From Candidatus Tayloriibacteriota bacterium (lineage in GTDB: Bacteria; Patescibacteriota; Minisyncoccia; Phycocordibacterales; SIBU01): a stretch of DNA of 48,627 bases. The notes beneath the pieces are model-generated. The model was not told the origin of the DNA. It was given only the letters and a program-made list of their open reading frames with translations, and searched no databases. A program made the translations under genes and the position numbers. The stretch is taken from the NCBI GenBank assembly GCA_009695005.1, contig SIBU01000005.1, positions 1 to 48,627 on the forward strand, written 5' to 3'. How positions within the stretch are numbered: the first letter of the stretch is position 1; each line of letters opens with the position of its first letter. Of the stretch, positions 1 through 8,753 are shown in pieces.

Positions 1-1
1 G

Positions 2-388
2 GGGGATGATCGGCCTAGACAATTGGACGTTTCGTCCATGTTGCAAAGTAGAGCTGTAGTAACTCTTAAAAAGGCTACAAAAACTAACTGCAAAAACAGT
101 TGCAAAAGCCAAGGGAATTCTCTCGCCATACATGGCGGGCTTCCCCGCTTTCGCTTACGCGCGAGCCTAAGCGACATTCGACCGGCTGACTTCCGATAAG
201 TCGTCTCGGGTGTTATACATTCGGAATAAGATTTGTGTCGTTCCGCCACAAATCCCAAACTAAGGAACTCGGTACATTTTGTATTTTGCTTGTTTAGAGC
301 AAAACGGCTTAAAAAAATAAACAACCTAGACTTTGTAGACGCATGAACACTCACCTTTTGCACGCGCGTTCGATTCGCGCCATCTCCA
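2..388 (+). ncRNA. ssrA: tmRNA (SsrA)
   Basis: 5' GGGGATG (2-8) pairs with CATCTCC-A (381-388), giving the G3:U70 alanine identity pair. T-arm is GCGCG-TTCGATT-CGCGC (364-380). A pk1-like region precedes an internal tag ORF. CCA is not encoded (..CTCCA-CAAAA). Confidence 0.93.
90..170 (+). other. tmRNA tag reading frame, (A)AKTVAKAKGILSPYMAGFPAFAYARA*
   Basis: Resume codon GCA follows TAACT. 26 codons run to TAA, with an Ala/aromatic-rich C-terminus. Confidence 0.8.
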
Positions 389-588
389 CAAAATTTTCAA
401 AAGCGCCCTCTAGGGCGTTTTTGATTTGAAAATTTTGTGGAGATGAGTAAGCCAACTACTTGGCTTACTTGCGCGAATCGAAGCCCTTCTCCCATATTTT
501 TGAGCAACTGGTGTCGTGAAAAAATGGGAAAGGGGTACTGACCCTGTAAGGGTCGATAAATGTACTCATGGTCGCGCCATCTCCACCA
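369..588. repeat. Palindromic element with inverted and direct copies of the tmRNA 3' end
   Basis: 381-401 and 425-445 form a perfect 21-bp inverted repeat. 471-482 is the reverse complement of 369-380. 572-586 repeats 375-389 directly and continues to give a CCA end at 588. Confidence 0.9.
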
Positions 589-735
589 AGAGAAACGTTT
601 GCAAAATTAGAAATTCGGGGCGTTTTTGCAATGCATCAAAAGCAGCCTGCTATCCGCGAATATGTTCTCGAATTTCTGAAAACTTCTTCTTCGGATTCTC
701 AAACCCCACGCTTTCATTGTATAATTAAAATTGTC

Positions 736-2220
736 ATGAAATCAATGGAATCAGCCGGGGCAATAAGAGATTGGAAAGAAGAGATTCGTCGCAAGTTAAA
801 TCTCTCTGTCGAAACATTTTCAGCGATACAAGACCTATCTAGGCAGGTACAGGCACAACTTGAAAAGACAGGTGCAAGCATCACAGAAAAACAGGAACAA
901 GTCCTTCTCCACAAACTCGGATTATTTGTAAGGGCGAACCATACCGAAAGTGTGGAAACGATTGCGGAGGCCATCAGTATCTCTCCGCAAGTACTGGAAC
1001 AAAAAGGAAAACTGGACATTAGCGAAGTTGTCGGACAGACACAACAACACTTCAACAAAAAAGAAGTGCGGTTGTGGGAACGACTGTCCGAAAGAAAAGA
1101 TGCCGTGCCGATGATTGCTGAGACCTCGCTCGGCGATGGAACATATTATCTTGGCAGACTATTCACGCGCGGGCATTTTATTGCGAACAGTACCGTGTTG
1201 GAACACTGCTTGGGAAAGAAAAGCATTGAGCGGTATTTTACGAAATCGAAGAATAAGGATATCGAAGTGTATGCGGTAATGGAACAATCGGACAGCGAGC
1301 CAGTAGCAACAGTAATATATGACACCAAACTAAAAAGCATTCTTCAGATCAAACAGGCGGGAGATCGACATCTAACCGGAACAGAACCGTATTTCGAAGC
1401 CGTCATAGAGTCGTTGTCGCGGTTAACAACACAGGAGAGTATCAACGAATCAGGACGCGCTTACCAAAGGCCGATTGAATCGGTGCAAGACCTTGAAAAC
1501 GTTTTTCGCGGCTTTCCCGAGGTGTTCGTGCGGAGTGGAACGCTTGTATCTATAAGCGATGCGCTCACTATGGATGCGAAAGAAGTTCTCGGTGGGAGCG
1601 CTTTCCCCGTTGACGAGGATACAGATCCGGAACTTGTTGTCCAGATAGCAGAAAAGCTACCTCTTGCTATAGACATGACAAAAGCCACGGAGGAACAACG
1701 CCAAACTGTTATCAGTATTGCTGGTACTTTGATAGACAACAGAGACGCTATTAGTGGCTTTTCCAACCTTAAGATCGTCAATGGTCAAATTCTAGTGAAT
1801 AATGCAAAGGAGGTACGATTTGATGCCTTGGAGGAAGTCGGGCGCGGATTATACGCGACTCAAACGGAACAGTTGTCTCTGCCTGCGCTTCGGAAGGTTG
1901 GTGGCAGGGTTGACGCTCCAGTCGCGCGTGTGATTGCGGCCGAACAATTGACCGAAGTTACGGGTAATATTGATGCGTCGTCTGCGTCCCAACTAACAAT
2001 GCCCGCTCTTCGCAAAGTCGGTTGGCACATTGAAGCGGGTATGGCGGAGCGCATAGATTTGCCCAACTTGGTGCATGTGGGAGGGAAGGTATACGGAGAT
2101 TCTGCATCCGTTATCAACCTACCGAACCTTAAAGATGCCCTCCTAGTTCAATGCAACGAAAAAACCGAGACAATAATCGGCAATAAAAATATTCCGATTG
2201 AACGCACCACTAAAATATAG
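736..2220 (+). CDS. PcfJ-like domain protein with C-terminal ~22-aa leucine-rich (L-domain-like) repeats
   Basis: Motifs 'ANSTVLEHCLG' and 'PVATVIYD..ILQIK' resemble PcfJ. Repeats of the type LPALRKVGG/LPNLVHVGG. Start placed at ATG 736, downstream of TATAAT at 720-725; the ORF track start is 568. Confidence 0.7.
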   Translation: MKSMESAGAIRDWKEEIRRKLNLSVETFSAIQDLSRQVQAQLEKTGASITEKQEQVLLHKLGLFVRANHTESVETIAEAISISPQVLEQKGKLDISEVVGQTQQHFNKKEVRLWERLSERKDAVPMIAETSLGDGTYYLGRLFTRGHFIANSTVLEHCLGKKSIERYFTKSKNKDIEVYAVMEQSDSEPVATVIYDTKLKSILQIKQAGDRHLTGTEPYFEAVIESLSRLTTQESINESGRAYQRPIESVQDLENVFRGFPEVFVRSGTLVSISDALTMDAKEVLGGSAFPVDEDTDPELVVQIAEKLPLAIDMTKATEEQRQTVISIAGTLIDNRDAISGFSNLKIVNGQILVNNAKEVRFDALEEVGRGLYATQTEQLSLPALRKVGGRVDAPVARVIAAEQLTEVTGNIDASSASQLTMPALRKVGWHIEAGMAERIDLPNLVHVGGKVYGDSASVINLPNLKDALLVQCNEKTETIIGNKNIPIERTTKI

Positions 2221-2225
2221 AGGTG

Positions 2226-3212
2226 TTATTCGCGAGGTTTAAGATGTTTTTTCACAATCGTTATAACTTGTTCAGGAGAAAGTTCGGAACTTTTTCCCTG
2301 AGGGCTGCCGATAATGTTAGGCGACCCGCCCCACCCTTCTTCGAGTTGTGCCAGCTCATTTTTTGCGGCAACAAGGTCGGCCCACGTGCCTTCATACTGA
2401 CATACTGTATATTTTCTGTATGCTTCGCCCGGACCTTGCTTGAACGCAGGATTAAAGGCCACAACGACAGGAGCCTGAGAATAGCCTAGAGATGTTCCTG
2501 CCCGATGCGAACTCTCCACGTATGCGATATTTCCACCGGCAAACATCTCTATTTTTATAGCACCCTTTTCAAGAGCCGCCGCCATGTCCGCTCGTTCTGC
2601 TTCTACCTTTTCTCGATAACCCGCAGGCTCGGTGCCAGTGGTTAGATACTCTTCCACGGATTTCATTCTGTCAGCCAAAGGCGCTTTGAAATCCATCACT
2701 CGTGCAGCAATAGCGGCAAGCGATTCAGTTTCAGACGCGCTTCCAGATTTTGGCCATGGCTGTTCTTTGCTTGGGAGATCAGTTTTGCCTGGCCACCCGC
2801 CGCGGGCGAATTTATCTGATGACGCAATATTCTGAATGCGAGCGATCATCTCCGACGTTACCTCGCCTCCGCTTGCGCGATGTTTCAAAAGGGCCATCGC
2901 TCCAAGGGCGTCGATGTCCGCTCTCACTGTAACCATAGAAGCTCCGCTTGGCGGTACTTCAAGAGTCTGGGCAACTTCAATAGCCGCAAGGTCTACATTT
3001 CCATCCGAGTGTTGAGGATCGATATTTCCGAGCGTACACTTTTCTGCATAGGCAGGAATGGTGACTTCAATACCCAGAACTCCATAGGGATTTTCAAAAA
3101 GCTTTTCGTTTGCAACCTTTGCCTCAGGGATCGACCGAGGGTCGATCAGTCCGAATTGATAATCTTTAAATTGCTCTTGTGGTTCAAAGCTTCTTGTGGG
3201 TTGTTTTTCCAT
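2226..3212 (-). CDS. Hypothetical protein, DHH/DHHA1-like phosphoesterase (possibly permuted)
   Basis: 328-aa ORF with 'IDPQH', 'TVRADIDALGAMALL' (DxD followed by a helix), 'IASSD' and C-terminal 'GWGGSPNIIGSP'. The family call is inference. Confidence 0.55.
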   Translation of the reverse strand: MEKQPTRSFEPQEQFKDYQFGLIDPRSIPEAKVANEKLFENPYGVLGIEVTIPAYAEKCTLGNIDPQHSDGNVDLAAIEVAQTLEVPPSGASMVTVRADIDALGAMALLKHRASGGEVTSEMIARIQNIASSDKFARGGWPGKTDLPSKEQPWPKSGSASETESLAAIAARVMDFKAPLADRMKSVEEYLTTGTEPAGYREKVEAERADMAAALEKGAIKIEMFAGGNIAYVESSHRAGTSLGYSQAPVVVAFNPAFKQGPGEAYRKYTVCQYEGTWADLVAAKNELAQLEEGWGGSPNIIGSPQGKSSELSPEQVITIVKKHLKPRE

Positions 3213-3272
3213 AAAATTTTAATGTAAAAAATTAACTAATAATAAAACGCTGCCGACGTACTGTTTTCTATA

Positions 3273-5672
3273 TTAAAGTTTAGCCTTTATCAAGGCGCTT
3301 AATTTATCAGCCGCCGGAAGTAGCCAGCGCAATGAGGCGACCGAAGCGACATCCGCTTTCCAAATTTCCCGCACCATCGCCAAAGCCGATTCGTCGTCGA
3401 AGGCGGTTTTTGTTTTGAGTGCACGTACTTTCTCGCGAACCTTTTCCGGATCTAGAGCACCTTTATAGGCGGGCTGGGCGGTAACATCGAAATTAGGATC
3501 GCCTAGCTTCGCAGTTGCTTTTTCGGTTATGCCACGCGCCAATCTACCGAAGAGATCGTGGTTGCTAATAAGAAACTGCGCAAGTTCGGCCACATCATCG
3601 GGGACCCACGCGGGCTTATACTTCAGAAACATTTTCGCACCGGCTCCCTCATGAGCGCCTGGGGTATCCAGGTTAAGTAGTTTACCCACATCATGATATA
3701 GAAGAGCGACCCTTGATGCCAAACGAACCAACTCCTTTGTTTTTACATCCTCGATACCTTGCAACAAGGAGTCCGTGTCTAACTGCAACATGCTTTGTTT
3801 GAGGTGCATATAAAGCGGCCATCCTGCATGAGTCGCTTTCTGTTCCGCTTCAAAATTTTTTATTCTCTTATCCTCGGCGAACTTATTGAATGTCAGTACA
3901 CTCTCAATTTCCGGGTCTCTCCCTCCGACTGGTTGACGTGAGCGGGTTTGGTTAATGAGCCACTCTCGAAACTCTGCATCCGGCGCGGTCGCAGAAACAT
4001 AATGAAGCCAGTTCTCATAACCATCTGGAATTTGTTCAGGTTTGCGGATTCCAGCCCTCACTTCTTCAACAAGCGCGGGTAATTTTGATTTACGAGGAAC
4101 TGGCGGGGCGCTCTCGTTCCGTTCAGCAGATACATAAAAATTCACGATACCATCGGCAATACGACGCTCCTCCGGAGTCCAATCAACATAATTCCACCGC
4201 TCCTTTCCACCCTTCTCCATTTTGAGCACTTTCTGTTCTACTTTTGCCCACGATTCTTCAATTTGTGCGGGAGCATGCGTATAGCCGTACGCTTCCTTAA
4301 AAAGGACCGCGAGTTCTGGATCAAGCGTAAGGCCTGGATACTCATCAAGAAGTTTTTTTAAGGTTCCGATAGTTTTGCTCAGATGATACTCTCTATTTTC
4401 CGGCGAAAGCCGGTCAATGGCCACTTGATCCATTCGTACAATGCCGTTGCGAAGGTCGCTCTCCGCCTGAGGAGTCAGCTTGACTACAAGTTTACCTTTC
4501 TCAATTTTTGCCGCCCCTTGTCGGAACGTCAGCACACGGCTCTTGAGATCGTCCGTGAAGCTCAATTCGCCCTCGGTATTGTATTTGTCTCCGGCATGTT
4601 CCTGCCATGAATATACCGACCATCGCCGGTCAGGAAAATATTTTTCCAGATACACTTCCAGCTTTTTTGCCTGTTCCGGTGTATCCACTGTTACGTCAAT
4701 ATCAAGGGATTCCTGCGTCGGACCGTACTTTTTATTCCAAAAAGCGCGATAGATACTGCCGCTCGTAGCCCAAGCTTCTATACCGGTTTCTTGAGCGGCG
4801 TACTGAAGCTCTTGTAAAATATCTAACCGCCAAGGCAATTGTTCAAAGCCGAGACCTAGCCTTTCTCGTATGGCATCCGCTATCTCGTCGGGAGACTGCT
4901 GAGCATCTATGGTCAACGGTGCTTTATCCCGCCCGCGCAATTCTTTCACAACAGCCATGTCTTGTGCTAACGCGCGTTCTATTTTTCCAACGTATTTTTC
5001 ATGATCAGGTTCGCGCCCGCTTTTTGCATCTCTTTCCAATTGGCGAACATACGACTGCCGCACCTGATCTGTGCCAGAGACGCGAGCGCGCTCATCCTCC
5101 GATGTGAAAATCATAACCTCTCCTTCAACGGAAGGAACAAAGTCAAGAAATATAAATTCCATGTCTGCGCCTGCCTTCTGGGCTTCCATCTCAAGCAAAC
5201 GAAGTTGTTCAAGGCTACGTGGAAAACCATCGAGCACAACGCGGGGCGAGCTATCCTTGGCGATGGTTACGAGAAAATCCTCGTCCAAACCTTGTATCAG
5301 CGATCCCTTTCCGCCTTTTTCTATATTCTTATCACTTTTTTTCGCGAAAGCGCCCATGTGATAAGCTGGCGGTGCGCCAATGACAGAAGTCAGACGCTCA
5401 ATCTGGGTACTCTTACCCGCTCCCGGCATCCCCAAAAAAGATATCCATGTTTTTGAGGCAGGCGCTTTTTCAGTTTCCCGCTCATTTTTACGTTCCGGAC
5501 GATACAAAAGAAGACAGTTGCCTCTTCTGGCAGCTTCGCAATGCTCAAAACATGCGGGAACTGCCACGCGCGAAGTGGTCGGTGTTTTAGAAGGAGCTGT
5601 CTCCTGACTTTCCAATCCTAGTTTTTCTTTCTCAATTACTTCCAACGGAACTGATTTCGACACTCTTTCCAT
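3273..5672 (-). CDS. Adenylate-kinase-like P-loop kinase + nucleotidyltransferase (NTP_transf_6/DUF925-like) + HD domain fusion
   Basis: GMPGAGKST and VLDGFPRSLEQ (ADK signature); WATSGSIYRAFWN...DIDV (Pol-beta NTase); ALLYHDVGK..HE..HD..AD (HD domain). Confidence 0.8.
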   Translation of the reverse strand: MERVSKSVPLEVIEKEKLGLESQETAPSKTPTTSRVAVPACFEHCEAARRGNCLLLYRPERKNERETEKAPASKTWISFLGMPGAGKSTQIERLTSVIGAPPAYHMGAFAKKSDKNIEKGGKGSLIQGLDEDFLVTIAKDSSPRVVLDGFPRSLEQLRLLEMEAQKAGADMEFIFLDFVPSVEGEVMIFTSEDERARVSGTDQVRQSYVRQLERDAKSGREPDHEKYVGKIERALAQDMAVVKELRGRDKAPLTIDAQQSPDEIADAIRERLGLGFEQLPWRLDILQELQYAAQETGIEAWATSGSIYRAFWNKKYGPTQESLDIDVTVDTPEQAKKLEVYLEKYFPDRRWSVYSWQEHAGDKYNTEGELSFTDDLKSRVLTFRQGAAKIEKGKLVVKLTPQAESDLRNGIVRMDQVAIDRLSPENREYHLSKTIGTLKKLLDEYPGLTLDPELAVLFKEAYGYTHAPAQIEESWAKVEQKVLKMEKGGKERWNYVDWTPEERRIADGIVNFYVSAERNESAPPVPRKSKLPALVEEVRAGIRKPEQIPDGYENWLHYVSATAPDAEFREWLINQTRSRQPVGGRDPEIESVLTFNKFAEDKRIKNFEAEQKATHAGWPLYMHLKQSMLQLDTDSLLQGIEDVKTKELVRLASRVALLYHDVGKLLNLDTPGAHEGAGAKMFLKYKPAWVPDDVAELAQFLISNHDLFGRLARGITEKATAKLGDPNFDVTAQPAYKGALDPEKVREKVRALKTKTAFDDESALAMVREIWKADVASVASLRWLLPAADKLSALIKAKL

Positions 5673-6055
5673 GACAATATTTTATCATATTTCTTAATGA
5701 GAGAACAACACACCCAGCAAAAATAAACTCCACCCATGATAAAGACATAATAGACTATCAAGCAAAACTCAGATTTTCTCCATACCTCTCCTCCCCCACA
5801 ATCACCCCAGACACCTCCAAAACCCAAGGATATAGTTGGTTCCAACTTTGACACACCATGTCCACAAAAATAACAAGCGGTATTCCTCGACTATATTTTT
5901 GTAGGATGCCGACAATTCTGATTGTCGTCGCCACAAACCAAAATCTGCCCTAATACTATATGCTTTTTTTTGCATAATATTAATATAAGAAGTGCGAAGA
6001 TGGAATTAAACTATAGAAAAGTGTAAACTTAAAGTATATAAATTATATTTTTAAT

Positions 6056-6874
6056 ATGAATCCCTTTGAACAAAGGAGTAGAGAAGAATTAAAAACTCCT
6101 CCCGTTGATGATGCTGTTGAGCTCAAACTTGCTCAGGACAATTCAGGTGAGGACAGGAAAGCGATTGCCAAAAGATTAGGCCTTAACGAAAATGCTCGTT
6201 GGGTCGATATCTATAGAGTAAAAGACGAGGAAATTAAAAAAGAGAAAGCAACAGCTCTGGAATCTTTGAACTTACAAAATAGTCCTGACGCGAGTGTTAC
6301 AACAAGTGATAACGGCTCGAAGCATGAAGCTGTTAGAAGACATTTAGACAGTTTGATAGAGCGTAAACTCGATCAACAGCAACTCATAATAGAACACGTA
6401 GGGTATATTGAAACATCTTCACGGCAATTGAGAAAGCGCATTCAAGTGGTACTCGAGCAAGCGCAAGCTAATTTTCAAGGGCTTGCTACAGGTACACTTA
6501 TACAGAACCTTGAAGAAGGTTTTAATAAATTGGAAAAATCAAGCTCTGTTTTAAGGGCTGGCAGTTTGTTAGCTACGGAAAAAAGCAATCAAATACGAGA
6601 ATTCGCATTGAGTCGACCGGAAAATATATCCGCCCTTGTTGAGCATGGCCTCGTCAAGCAACTCGAGAGTGATGTCGACGATGCGGATGCTACTCTTCCT
6701 GGAACTATTGCTAAGATAAGAGGCAACGCGGACAAATTTTTTCAACAAGTGAATGACCAGATCACTAAAATTGATAACCTTCTTACAGAGCGAAAATTGC
6801 CTGCCGATGAGCGAAAATTGAAAGAAAAATTGGAAAAACTTCTTAAATTCAACCCGGGTTTTGAAAATAACTAA
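6056..6874 (+). CDS. Hypothetical helical/coiled-coil protein
   Basis: 272-aa ORF, charged and heptad-rich, no recognisable motif. Confidence 0.75.
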   Translation: MNPFEQRSREELKTPPVDDAVELKLAQDNSGEDRKAIAKRLGLNENARWVDIYRVKDEEIKKEKATALESLNLQNSPDASVTTSDNGSKHEAVRRHLDSLIERKLDQQQLIIEHVGYIETSSRQLRKRIQVVLEQAQANFQGLATGTLIQNLEEGFNKLEKSSSVLRAGSLLATEKSNQIREFALSRPENISALVEHGLVKQLESDVDDADATLPGTIAKIRGNADKFFQQVNDQITKIDNLLTERKLPADERKLKEKLEKLLKFNPGFENN

Positions 6875-6998
6875 CTAGCAGGTTTGATGGTAAAGTACAT
6901 CCTACTGTCTGCCTCCCCAAATCCAGTATGTAAATATACCGATTCTCCTCTTAAAAAATAGTTCTGACGGCCGACACAGCGCTCCACAAAAACTTAAC

Positions 6999-8129
6999 CT
7001 ATTGATACTTTATATCACCATCTACAATAACCGCCGTATCAAAATATTTTTTAAGTAATTTAGGAGAATGAGTTATTCTAAAACCATCTATATTTGCCCT
7101 GTCCATGGCAACATTGTCCGGGAAATAATGTAAATATGAATCCATTCCAACACCGCAAAACATTTTAAAACCCTTTGAAACAAGATAAGCTCGTCTCGGA
7201 TCACTCGATTTGAATATATCCCCAAATGGTCCGACAAAGATATCCGTATCTCCAACCAAAGATTTAACTTCCCTATCCCACTGTTCGGTATCATTTTTCA
7301 AATTTTCTAAAGTAATCGAATCAGTCGAAAATGCTTTGCTGTGCGTATAACTATGACTGGCAAAACGCCAACCGGTAGCCTTTAGTTTATTAATCACAAC
7401 CTTTGCAAAAGCCAAGTCAAGAGGATATTTGGAAATGTCATCATAGTCCGTCCGATACCCAAGGATACCCTCAAAACCAGTAACGGCAATTACTCCTTTT
7501 GCACCTTTAAAAGAAAAATTCGGATGAGCCGACACGAAATCATCGAGAATTGGCACGACATCGCCATCTCTAGTTACTTGAGTAATACCCTCCGGAGTAA
7601 TAATTTGTGTAGAAACATTACCGTTTTTATCCAACACTAATTTGTCAGCAAAACCGTGACCTTTCATAGAAGAATAATAGGATTGATCGTCAAGTGAAAT
7701 GACCAAAGGTTTCTTATTGACAGGCAAATACAAAACCTTTCTTTCTACACTCCCATCATTACCGACATCGTACAGAGATTTTATATCTATCAATATATAA
7801 TTATTTTTATAGAGCTCTGGAAGAATTTTCTGAAAATCATCCCTAGTAATCATATAATCTTTATATACTTGATTGTTCGGACCCCCATCAAAAGCCAACT
7901 TAGGATAAACAATTAAACTATGAAAAAAAATGTGGCTGATTGCACCTTTATACAAAACATTCCCCAATTCATCCTTCTCCGGCAACATCACGTTCTGAAT
8001 ACTGGCAATCTGGTTTTTCAGATGCCAAGACACCAACTTATAATTGTTAGCGAACGAAAAAAATAAAACTGCCGACGTCACGACAGCCCCGAATACCGAA
8101 ATTAAATAAACTTTATTTTTCCTTTTCAC
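6999..8129 (-). CDS. Membrane-anchored polysaccharide deacetylase (CE4/NodB-like)
   Basis: N-terminal TM helix, 'ISLDD', 'FASHSYTH', 'GPFG'. GTG start at 8129 chosen because TG-n-TATACT lies 7 nt upstream. Confidence 0.8.
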   Translation of the reverse strand: MKRKNKVYLISVFGAVVTSAVLFFSFANNYKLVSWHLKNQIASIQNVMLPEKDELGNVLYKGAISHIFFHSLIVYPKLAFDGGPNNQVYKDYMITRDDFQKILPELYKNNYILIDIKSLYDVGNDGSVERKVLYLPVNKKPLVISLDDQSYYSSMKGHGFADKLVLDKNGNVSTQIITPEGITQVTRDGDVVPILDDFVSAHPNFSFKGAKGVIAVTGFEGILGYRTDYDDISKYPLDLAFAKVVINKLKATGWRFASHSYTHSKAFSTDSITLENLKNDTEQWDREVKSLVGDTDIFVGPFGDIFKSSDPRRAYLVSKGFKMFCGVGMDSYLHYFPDNVAMDRANIDGFRITHSPKLLKKYFDTAVIVDGDIKYQ

Positions 8130-8230
8130 AAAATGAAGTATATCAATATTGATATAAACTTCTAGGGACAACCAAGAAAATTTAGAAAATCATATGTTCA
8201 ATAAATATAAAATAGTGTATAGTAGCATTT

Positions 8231-8338
8231 ATGGCAAAAAGATTATCACAAGATGTAAAAAATAAGACATCGCGCTCAAGAAAGACCAAGAAACGACTGT
8301 CTACCAAGTACGCAATGTTGGCTTCAAGAAAGAAGTAG
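8231..8338 (+). CDS. Small basic protein MAKRLSQDVKNKTSRSRKTKKRLSTKYAMLASRKK (35 aa; below the ORF-track cutoff)
   Basis: ATG..TAG read directly from the sequence. TATAGT -10 box lies 7 nt upstream (leaderless). 14 of 35 residues are Lys/Arg. Confidence 0.6.
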   Translation: MAKRLSQDVKNKTSRSRKTKKRLSTKYAMLASRKK

Positions 8339-8405
8339 TCCGTCGGATACCTCTTATTTTAAAGTAAGTGAAACAGACACAACCGTCTGCTTTTAATTTT
8401 GTATG

Positions 8406-8434
8406 TTGACAAAAAATTCAATATATGATAGGCT
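8406..8434 (+). promoter_or_regulatory. sigma70-type promoter of the csp gene
   Basis: TTGACA-17 nt-TAGGCT with an extended -10 TG. Confidence 0.7.
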
Positions 8435-8512
8435 ATCTGTACACAAAGAGTGTTGTTATATAGAGTCGATCTCAACTTATTTTTGTCTTAATCATCTAAA
8501 CCATAAACTAAA

Positions 8513-8710
8513 ATGACTGGTACCATCAAGAAGCTCACAGATAAGGGCTTCGGATTTATCACCGGAGAAGGGTTGGCGAAAGATTTGTTCTTTCACAGCA
8601 ATGCTCTAGTTGGAGTTTCATTCAATGAACTTCACGAAGGTGACGCCGTTTCATTTGACACTGAAGAGTCCCCAAAGGGCCTTAACGCTGTCAATGTGAA
8701 GCGAGCATAA
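8513..8710 (+). CDS. cspA: Cold-shock protein
   Basis: RNP1 KGFGFI, RNP2 DLFFH, C-terminal KGLNAVNV. Confidence 0.95.
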   Translation: MTGTIKKLTDKGFGFITGEGLAKDLFFHSNALVGVSFNELHEGDAVSFDTEESPKGLNAVNVKRA

Positions 8711-8715
8711 TCTAC

Positions 8716-8753
8716 CAAAACCGCCCCGACGCAAGTCGGGGCGGTTTTGTTTT
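8716..8753 (+). terminator. Rho-independent terminator
   Basis: CAAAACCGCCCCGAC-GCAA-GTCGGGGCGGTTTTG followed by a T-tract. Confidence 0.9.

Noticed and set aside
375-571. Group I intron in the tmRNA T-loop
   Set aside because: I could not identify P7 or other catalytic core motifs, and the upstream gene is already complete without splicing.
568-735. ORF-track N-terminal 56 aa of the 550-aa ORF
   Set aside because: It starts inside the tmRNA 3'-end repeat. A -10 box at 720-725 supports ATG 736 instead.
5636-5854. 72-aa ORF upstream of the fusion gene
   Set aside because: Odd composition, overlaps the promoter and start of the 799-aa gene; probably spurious.
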